NCBI GenBank assembly: GCA_017883265.1
Contig: JADGNX010000002.1
Coordinates: 1 to 61,733 of the forward strand
DNA: 61,733 nucleotides
Source of the DNA: Thermoanaerobaculia bacterium
GTDB taxonomy: Bacteria > Acidobacteriota > Thermoanaerobaculia > Gp7-AA8
Reading direction: 5' to 3'
The position numbers and the translations under genes are program-made. Shown here in pieces: positions 55,891 through 61,733 of this stretch; position 1 is the stretch's first letter; the number at the start of each line of letters is the position of its first letter. The notes under the pieces were generated by a model. The model was given only the letters and a program-made list of their open reading frames with translations, did not search any database and was not told the DNA's origin.

Positions 55891-56550
55891 GTGATCGAGC
55901 TGCCGCTGCTCCTCGTCCTGGCCTCCTATCTGATCGGATCGATTCCGTTCAGCTACCTTGTGGTCCGGGCGGTGGCGGGCGTCGATATCCGGATGCACGG
56001 CAGTGGGAACGTCGGCGCCACGAATGTCGTTCGGAATGCCGGGAAGCTTCCGGGAGTCCTTGCGCTCGTGCTGGATGGGGCGAAGGGATACGCCGCGGTG
56101 ACGCTGGCCGGGTATCTGATCAGTCGTCCGGGCTGGCCGCCGCTCGATCCGACCGGTTCGAGCGCGGTTCACTCGCGCGCGTTCTGGCTGGCCTCCGCAG
56201 GCCTGGTGGCCATGCTGGGACACATCTTTCCAGTCTGGCTTCACTTCCACGGCGGGAAAGGGGTGGCTACGGCAGCGGGGCTCTTCCTGGCCATCGATCC
56301 GCGGGCGACCGCAGCAGCGGCGCTGGTTTTTCTGATCGCCGCCCTTGCCACGCGTTTCGTCTCTGTCGGATCGCTGGCTGCCGCTGCATCGGTCCCGATT
56401 TTTCTGCAGTTTATGACCAGGGCGCCCTATTGGATGGTTCTGGTCAGTGTGGTCATTTGCCTCATCGTCGTTTTTAGACACCGAGCGAATATCGAGCGGC
56501 TCGCCACCGGTCGTGAACGCCGGATCGGCGGTCGAAGGGACGACGAGTGA
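55891..56550 (+). CDS. plsY: Glycerol-3-phosphate acyltransferase PlsY
   Basis: SYLIGSIPFSYLV, HGSGNVGATNVVRNAG, FHGGKGVATAAG. GTG start. Confidence 0.92.
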   Translation: MIELPLLLVLASYLIGSIPFSYLVVRAVAGVDIRMHGSGNVGATNVVRNAGKLPGVLALVLDGAKGYAAVTLAGYLISRPGWPPLDPTGSSAVHSRAFWLASAGLVAMLGHIFPVWLHFHGGKGVATAAGLFLAIDPRATAAAALVFLIAALATRFVSVGSLAAAASVPIFLQFMTRAPYWMVLVSVVICLIVVFRHRANIERLATGRERRIGGRRDDE

Positions 56551-57548
56551 AGATCACGGTCGTCGGTGCGGGCGCCTTCGGTACGGCCATGGCCGTGGTG
56601 GCGGCGCGCTGCGGCCACGAAGTCCTGATCTGGGCGCACGATCCAACCGTCGCAGACGAGATCAACAGACAACGCACCAATCAGCGATATCTGCCGGAGG
56701 CCTCTTTCGACACTTCGATCGAGGCAACCAGCGACCTTCATCGCGCCTCGAGCTTCAGCGAGACGCTCATCATGGTCGTTCCCAGCCATCACTACCGATC
56801 AGTGCTCGCATCGATCGGTGAGCATCTCTCGAGGCCGGTCCGCATCGTGTCGGCCACAAAAGGCATCGAAAACGAATCGCTGGAGCGGATGTCGCAGGTC
56901 AGTGCGGGAGTGCTTGGGGAGAAGCTCGACCGCTATGCGGCGCTCTCCGGTCCCACCTTCGCCGTGGAGAGCGTTCGAGGCGATCCGACGACTGCCGTGA
57001 TCGCCTCAACCGATCCCGACTTTGCCACCGAGATCCAGCGAATCATGTCGGACACGTTTTTCCGGCTCTACCGCTCAGACGACGTCGTCGGTGTCGAGCT
57101 GGCCGGCTCTCTCAAAAACATCATCGCCATCGCCGCCGGAGCGGTCGAGGGTCTCGGATTCGGCTCAAACACCAACGCTGCCCTCGTCACTCGCGGTCTC
57201 CATGAGATTCGGCGCCTGGGCCTCGCGCTGGGCGGCCGCCCTGAGACGTTCGCCGGCCTGGCGGGAATGGGAGACCTCGTCCTGACCTGCACCGGCAGCC
57301 TCTCCCGCAATCGTCGCGTGGGCGCCGATCTCGGCCGCGGCAAGCTTCTTCTCGAGATTCTCGACGAGACGAAGTTTGTGGCCGAGGGAGTGCGAACGTG
57401 TAAGTCGGCGAAGGAGCTCTCCGATCGCCACGGCATCGAGATGCCGATCACGACCGAAATGTTTCGCGTTCTCTACGAAAACGAGCCGCCGCGGGCGGCA
57501 GTGCTGCGTCTCATGTCGCGATCGCTCAAAGCCGAAATGGGAACCTGA
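56547..57548 (+). CDS. gpsA: NAD(P)H-dependent glycerol-3-phosphate dehydrogenase
   Basis: MKITVVGAGAFGTAMA, SATKGIE, LSGPTFA, NRRVG. 4-nt overlap with plsY. Confidence 0.93.
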   Translation: MKITVVGAGAFGTAMAVVAARCGHEVLIWAHDPTVADEINRQRTNQRYLPEASFDTSIEATSDLHRASSFSETLIMVVPSHHYRSVLASIGEHLSRPVRIVSATKGIENESLERMSQVSAGVLGEKLDRYAALSGPTFAVESVRGDPTTAVIASTDPDFATEIQRIMSDTFFRLYRSDDVVGVELAGSLKNIIAIAAGAVEGLGFGSNTNAALVTRGLHEIRRLGLALGGRPETFAGLAGMGDLVLTCTGSLSRNRRVGADLGRGKLLLEILDETKFVAEGVRTCKSAKELSDRHGIEMPITTEMFRVLYENEPPRAAVLRLMSRSLKAEMGT

Positions 57549-57582
57549 AAAGGAGGCCAGAAAAGTCGCTAGGCGGAATGTC

Positions 57583-57609
57583 GAGAGGCGGCCGCTTCGG
57601 CCACCTCTC
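57583..57609 (+). terminator. GC-rich hairpin after gpsA
   Basis: GAGAGG-C-GGCCG-CTT-CGGCC-A-CCTCTC, lying 35 nt after the stop. No U-tract. Confidence 0.35.
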
Positions 57610-57678
57610 GCGGGGGAATCCCGAACCCAGCCCGACCAGAATCCAGCGCCGATCTCGTCTGCAAACTCTATACTCGAG

Positions 57679-57702
57679 CCCCGCCTCCAGGCGGGGATTT
57701 GT
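57679..57702 (+). terminator. Canonical-looking intrinsic terminator
   Basis: CCCCGCC-TCCA-GGCGGGG is a perfect 7-bp stem followed by ATTTGT. Confidence 0.45.
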
Positions 57703-57754
57703 CCCACCAGGTGCGAGCGTCTCTCGTCCCTGATCTTGCATCGCTCAGGAGCTC

Positions 57755-58342
57755 ATGTCGCCAGAAGCGTTGCTTCACAAGTTCGGCTACCTCGCCGTCT
57801 TTCTCGGGACGTTTCTCGAGGGAGAGACGATCCTCGTTCTGGCCGGATTCTTCTCCGAGCGCGGCCATCTGGTTCTCATCACCGTCATGCTGGTCGCTTT
57901 TCTCGGCGCCTACACCGGGCACGTCTGCTGGTTCTGGGTCGGACGGGCGAAGGGCGTCAAAATTCTAGATCGCTTTCCCAAGATGAAGAAGCACTTCGGC
58001 AAAGGGGTGCGCCTGTTTGAACGCTACGGCGCGCCCGCGATCTTCATCACCCAATACCTTTACGGGCTGCGCATCACGTGCGCCATCATCATCGGAGTCT
58101 CGAAGATCTCGACGATCAAGTTCCTGATCTACGAAGCTCTCAGTTGCATGATCTGGGCGGTTCTGATCGCCGGTGCCGGCTTCTACTTCGGCGTGGCGGT
58201 CGAGCGCATCCTCGGCCGGGCCGCACACATCGAGAAGTACGGTTTGATCGGATTGATCGTCGTCGGCCTCGCCGTCTACGGCTACCACCAGTGGAAGGAT
58301 CGCAATGAACCGGTACCCGAGCCCGAAGAGCCGACGGTCTAG
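57755..58342 (+). CDS. DedA family membrane protein
   Basis: FGYLAVFLGTFLEGETILVLAGF, and a length and TM pattern typical of DedA. AGGAG SD motif upstream. Confidence 0.85.
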   Translation: MSPEALLHKFGYLAVFLGTFLEGETILVLAGFFSERGHLVLITVMLVAFLGAYTGHVCWFWVGRAKGVKILDRFPKMKKHFGKGVRLFERYGAPAIFITQYLYGLRITCAIIIGVSKISTIKFLIYEALSCMIWAVLIAGAGFYFGVAVERILGRAAHIEKYGLIGLIVVGLAVYGYHQWKDRNEPVPEPEEPTV

Positions 58343-58413
58343 GAAGGAAGGGTAGCTCGGTCAGTCTTCTTCTGCTCTTGACTCTATTTCTGCCTTCTGC
58401 TTCCTCTTTTCAA

Positions 58414-59700
58414 TCACTCGTAGCGCAATGCATCGATCGGGTCGAGCTTTGCCGCCTTGTACGCCGGGTATATTCCGAAGAAGAGGCCGATCGACACAGA
58501 GACGCCCAGCCCAACCAGAATCGACCAGAGCGGCGTGACGGTCGGAAGGGGGCTGACATTGCGGACGACGAAAGCGATGCCCAGCCCCAACAGGATGCCG
58601 ACTGCTCCTCCCATGGCCGAAAGGCTCATAGCCTCGGTCAGGAACTGCAGGACGATATCGCGACGGACGGCGCCGATAGCCTTGCGGATGCCGATCTCCC
58701 GGGTCCTCTCGGTGACGCTCACGAGCATGATGTTCATGACGCCTACCCCGCCCACGAGGAGTGCGATCGAGGCGATGAAGACCATGGCCAGAGTGATGCC
58801 GCCGGTGATGGCCTTGAAGTTTCCGATCAGCTTGTCGGGCGAAAGGATGCCGAAGTCGTTCGGCTTGTTGAACGGCACTTTGCGCCGGATGCGCAACACC
58901 GCGGTTCCTTCATCGAGGATCTTGCTCACCTGGTCGGGAGACCTGGGAACCGTAGCGATGTTCACTCCCTGATCACGCTTGATCCAGGGAAACTGGCTGT
59001 CGAACGCCGTCAGAGGCATGAAGACGTGATTGTCTGTCGACTCGAAGAACGTCGAGCCCTGCTGCTCCATCACGCCGATGACATAGAAGCGCCGGCCGGC
59101 CAGGGTTACCGGCTTACCGAGCGGGTCGACATGCGGGAAGAGAGCCTTGCTGATGGCGTCGCCGAGAACGACGACGTTCATCGAATGCCGGACGTCGCTC
59201 TCGGCGATGAATCGCCCCTCCCGGACATAGTGGTTATTGGCCGGCGCATAGTCCTCGGTCACCCCACCGATCGTGTCGGGCGTTCCCTCCTGAGCTTTGT
59301 AGTGAACGCTGGGCGCCCCTCCACCGCCGCCAGCGAACCAGTATCGCTCCGGAGAAACAGCGGCCATAGACGGGCAGAGGCGCTTGAGGGCGATGGCGTC
59401 CTCGTAGGTCAGGTTCTTCCGCTGACGCTCCGATTCATCGCGATTGCCCGGGCCAAAACGCGCATCGAACTTCTGAAACTGCACCAGGGTGGCCCCGAAG
59501 GACTGGAAATTGGCGATGACGTTGTTGTTGAAGCCCTCGATGATCGAGACCATGGCGATCACCGTGGTCACGCCGATCACGATTCCGAGAATGGTCAGAG
59601 AGGAGCGCAGCTTTCGACCGAGCAGCGCGACGCCTGCGAAACGCACGTTCTCGCGGACGCCGAGGAGGAACGCCTGAAAGCGCGAGATTTTGTCACTCAT
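58414..59700 (-). CDS. ABC transporter permease, MacB/FtsX family
   Basis: N-terminal TM helix, a large periplasmic domain, then the FtsX domain ERTREIGIRKAIGA and C-terminal PAYKAAKLDPIDALRYE. Confidence 0.85.
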   Translation of the reverse strand: MSDKISRFQAFLLGVRENVRFAGVALLGRKLRSSLTILGIVIGVTTVIAMVSIIEGFNNNVIANFQSFGATLVQFQKFDARFGPGNRDESERQRKNLTYEDAIALKRLCPSMAAVSPERYWFAGGGGGAPSVHYKAQEGTPDTIGGVTEDYAPANNHYVREGRFIAESDVRHSMNVVVLGDAISKALFPHVDPLGKPVTLAGRRFYVIGVMEQQGSTFFESTDNHVFMPLTAFDSQFPWIKRDQGVNIATVPRSPDQVSKILDEGTAVLRIRRKVPFNKPNDFGILSPDKLIGNFKAITGGITLAMVFIASIALLVGGVGVMNIMLVSVTERTREIGIRKAIGAVRRDIVLQFLTEAMSLSAMGGAVGILLGLGIAFVVRNVSPLPTVTPLWSILVGLGVSVSIGLFFGIYPAYKAAKLDPIDALRYE

Positions 59701-60904
59701 AACGGAGCGCCTCGACTGGCGGCAGCTTCGCAGCCTTCCGCGCCGGGAAAAAACCGGCTGCCAGGCCGGTCAACACCGCCACTCCGAGTCCGCTGAGCAC
59801 CAGTGACGGTTTCACCAGCGTCGGCAGAGGAGCGACGGAGGAAATCACTTTGCTGATGGCGAAACCGATCACCACTCCAACGATGCCGCCGATGAACGAA
59901 AGGAGCGCGGCTTCGGTCAGAAACTGCATCTGAATATCGCGCTGCCGCGCACCGATGGCGCGGCGGATGCCGATCTCACGCGTTCGCTCGACCACCGACA
60001 CCAGCATGATGTTGGTAATGACGATTCCTCCCACGACAAGAGAGATTCCGGAAATGAAGGTCATCAGTGCGAACGAGCCGGCCGAGATCCCTTTCCACAG
60101 ATTCTGCAGGGCTTCGGCGGTCACGAAGGCGAAAGGATCGTCGGCATGGAAGGCCGTATGTCTCCGGTTGCGCAGAATGACGCGCACCTCATCCTGGCAT
60201 TGAGCAAACTCGGCGATTCCATTGCGTGGGCGGATGGCGACATCGAAGCTTCGTTGCGCGCCGAAATACTTGAGATAACTCGACAACGGCATGTAGAGAT
60301 GATTGTCCTGATTCTGACCGAGCACGGAGCCCTGTTTCTTGAGGACACCGATTACGGTCACCGGGTGAGAGCCGACCTGGAACGTCCTGCCGATCGGGTC
60401 GAGACGGCTGAAGAGCTCATCCCGCACGTCCGTGCCGATCACGGCCACTGGAGCGGAGTGAAGCTGCTCGGTTGGTGTGTAAGTGCGGCCGGCGTCGAGG
60501 TCGACGTTATCCAGGGTCACCGCATTCGGAGTGGCTCCGAACACCAGCACGCCATCGAGATGCTTTGCCGCGCGCCGTACGCGTAGGCGTCCGACGGTGC
60601 GTCCACCGACAAGACCGCAGCTGCGACATTGAGTCTCGATGGCTCGGACATCCGCGAGCTCGATCTTCTTGCGCTTGATGGCCTGGAGAAATTGCTCGCG
60701 ACTGGTGATGATGCCGAACTGCGTGGCGATGAAGACATCGGGGTTGAGCTGAAACACCTGCTCGGTCACATAGTTGTTGAGGCCGGCGATGACCGAGACG
60801 ACGGAGATGACAGTAGTGACGCCGATGATGACGCCCAGCAGCGTGAGAAAGCTCCTCATCTTGTGGCGTCGCAGCGCCTCGCTTGCTATCGATAGAGTTT
60901 CCAT
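59693..60904 (-). CDS. ABC transporter permease, MacB/FtsX family (paralog)
   Basis: Same architecture: ERTREIGIRRAIGA, PARKAAKLPPVEALRYE. 8-nt overlap with the downstream paralog. Confidence 0.85.
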   Translation of the reverse strand: METLSIASEALRRHKMRSFLTLLGVIIGVTTVISVVSVIAGLNNYVTEQVFQLNPDVFIATQFGIITSREQFLQAIKRKKIELADVRAIETQCRSCGLVGGRTVGRLRVRRAAKHLDGVLVFGATPNAVTLDNVDLDAGRTYTPTEQLHSAPVAVIGTDVRDELFSRLDPIGRTFQVGSHPVTVIGVLKKQGSVLGQNQDNHLYMPLSSYLKYFGAQRSFDVAIRPRNGIAEFAQCQDEVRVILRNRRHTAFHADDPFAFVTAEALQNLWKGISAGSFALMTFISGISLVVGGIVITNIMLVSVVERTREIGIRRAIGARQRDIQMQFLTEAALLSFIGGIVGVVIGFAISKVISSVAPLPTLVKPSLVLSGLGVAVLTGLAAGFFPARKAAKLPPVEALRYE

Positions 60905-60934
60905 CGGGCTCCTCTGCCTCGGTGCGCGGCCTCG

Positions 60935-61733
60935 CTAGTCGGCCTTGTGGGCAGCGTCGCCCGGAGGCGGCTCCTTCATGATCCGGACGTGGTCGCCATC
61001 TTTGACGTCCCGCAGAGCCTTGAAGGGACCGGTAACGATCTCCGATCCGGCCTTGATCCCGCTGATCAGCTCGATCGAGGTCTCGCCGGTCAGGCCGGTC
61101 TTGACCGGAACGAACTTGACCTGCGCGGCGGTGCGATCGAACCGATAAACGCCCTCTTCATCCTGCGACTTGCCGGGTGCCGCCTTCGGCCCCTTCGGCT
61201 TCTCACGCACAACAAGAGCCTGGATCGGAATGGCTACCGCAGAGGGGCGGAAGCCTGTCACGATGTCGGCATTGCACGAGAATCCGGGGCGGATCTCGGC
61301 CGGAGGACTCTGCAACTGCACCTTGACCTCGAAGTTGATGGCCTCGGTCCCGGTGGACCCGGCCACTTTGATCGGGCTGGAGCCGACCTCGGTCACCACC
61401 CCATCGAACGAGCGGTTCGGATACGCGTCGACAGTGACCTTGGCCTTCTGTCCGATCTTCACGTTCGGAATGTCGGTCTCGTCGACCTGCATGACCGCCT
61501 CAACGATACTCATGTCGGAGATCGTCATCAGGACGGTGCCGGCGTTGTTCATGGTGCCGATGACGGCCACTTCACCTTCCTCGACGGGAAGCGCAGTGAC
61601 GATGCCGGACATGGGCGCCCGGATGGTCGTCTTGGAAAGGGTGTCGCGAGCTCCGGCCAGTCCCGCCCGTGCCTGTTCAATGCGGGTCTCGATGGCCTGA
61701 ACATTGGCTTGTGCCGCGTCGCGCAGCGAGCGG
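60935..61733 (-). CDS. Efflux periplasmic adaptor subunit, MacA/HlyD family (5' end outside window)
   Basis: The frame is open to the window edge (...AQANVQAIETRIEQARAGLAGARDTLSKTTIRAPMSGIVTALPVEEGE). Beta-barrel and membrane-proximal (MP) domain-like C-terminus. Confidence 0.8.
   Translation of the reverse strand, partial: RSLRDAAQANVQAIETRIEQARAGLAGARDTLSKTTIRAPMSGIVTALPVEEGEVAVIGTMNNAGTVLMTISDMSIVEAVMQVDETDIPNVKIGQKAKVTVDAYPNRSFDGVVTEVGSSPIKVAGSTGTEAINFEVKVQLQSPPAEIRPGFSCNADIVTGFRPSAVAIPIQALVVREKPKGPKAAPGKSQDEEGVYRFDRTAAQVKFVPVKTGLTGETSIELISGIKAGSEIVTGPFKALRDVKDGDHVRIMKEPPPGDAAHKAD

Noticed and set aside
58378-59796. 472-aa ORF antisense to the FtsX permease gene
   Set aside because: The minus-strand product has the FtsX/MacB architecture and the conserved C-terminal ...ALRYE. 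The plus-strand product is Asp/Arg/His-rich low complexity.

Overview
This is a 61.7-kb, visibly GC-rich bacterial chromosomal segment. I recognised no rRNA, tRNA, CRISPR array, transposase or integrase. It carries about 55 tightly packed protein genes, many joined by ATGA/GTGA start-stop overlaps. Several protein architectures suggest an Acidobacteriota-like diderm, by inference only: a ~1000-aa TonB-dependent receptor with a CarboxypepD_reg-type N-terminus, a BNR/Asp-box propeller protein, tandem FtsX/MacB permeases and bacillithiol genes. Gene order, left to right: rluA-family (partial); hslVU; yaeQ; a TetR-HlyD-ABC-2 exporter operon; a TonB-dependent receptor; an aldehyde dehydrogenase; a SufR-like regulator; a methyltransferase-bshC-bshB-bshA operon; an MglA-like GTPase; eda; a BNR protein; a galU-(Phd/RelE TA)-maf-MCE-ddl string; a 12-TM membrane protein plus two Pro-rich small membrane proteins; an Rrf2-sufBCDSUT operon; glyQS; ppdK; a CrtI-like oxidoreductase; a PP2C phosphatase; an Slt-type transglycosylase; an M20 amidohydrolase; a cysK-like/metB-like pair; plsY-gpsA; dedA; and a MacA-like adaptor with two FtsX permeases (partial). 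Most of the window is housekeeping, and I did not find a self-evident new multigene (e.g. defence-type) system. Five items are most worth a second look. (1) A ~260-bp element in the hslU/yaeQ convergent spacer, closed by 39-nt inverted repeats and flanked by 12-bp direct repeats; it is either MITE-like or a structured ncRNA. (2) A SAM methyltransferase translationally coupled to a complete bshC-bshB-bshA operon, a candidate N-methyl-bacillithiol pathway. (3) A SufR-type C-X12-C-X27-C regulator whose HTH can only be translated from a non-canonical (ATT) start. (4) An orphan MCE protein with a long helical region and a beta-rich C-terminal domain. (5) An MglA-like GTPase with a ~150-aa disordered C-terminal extension and no MglB partner. 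All functional calls come from motif recognition by eye; no database search was run.
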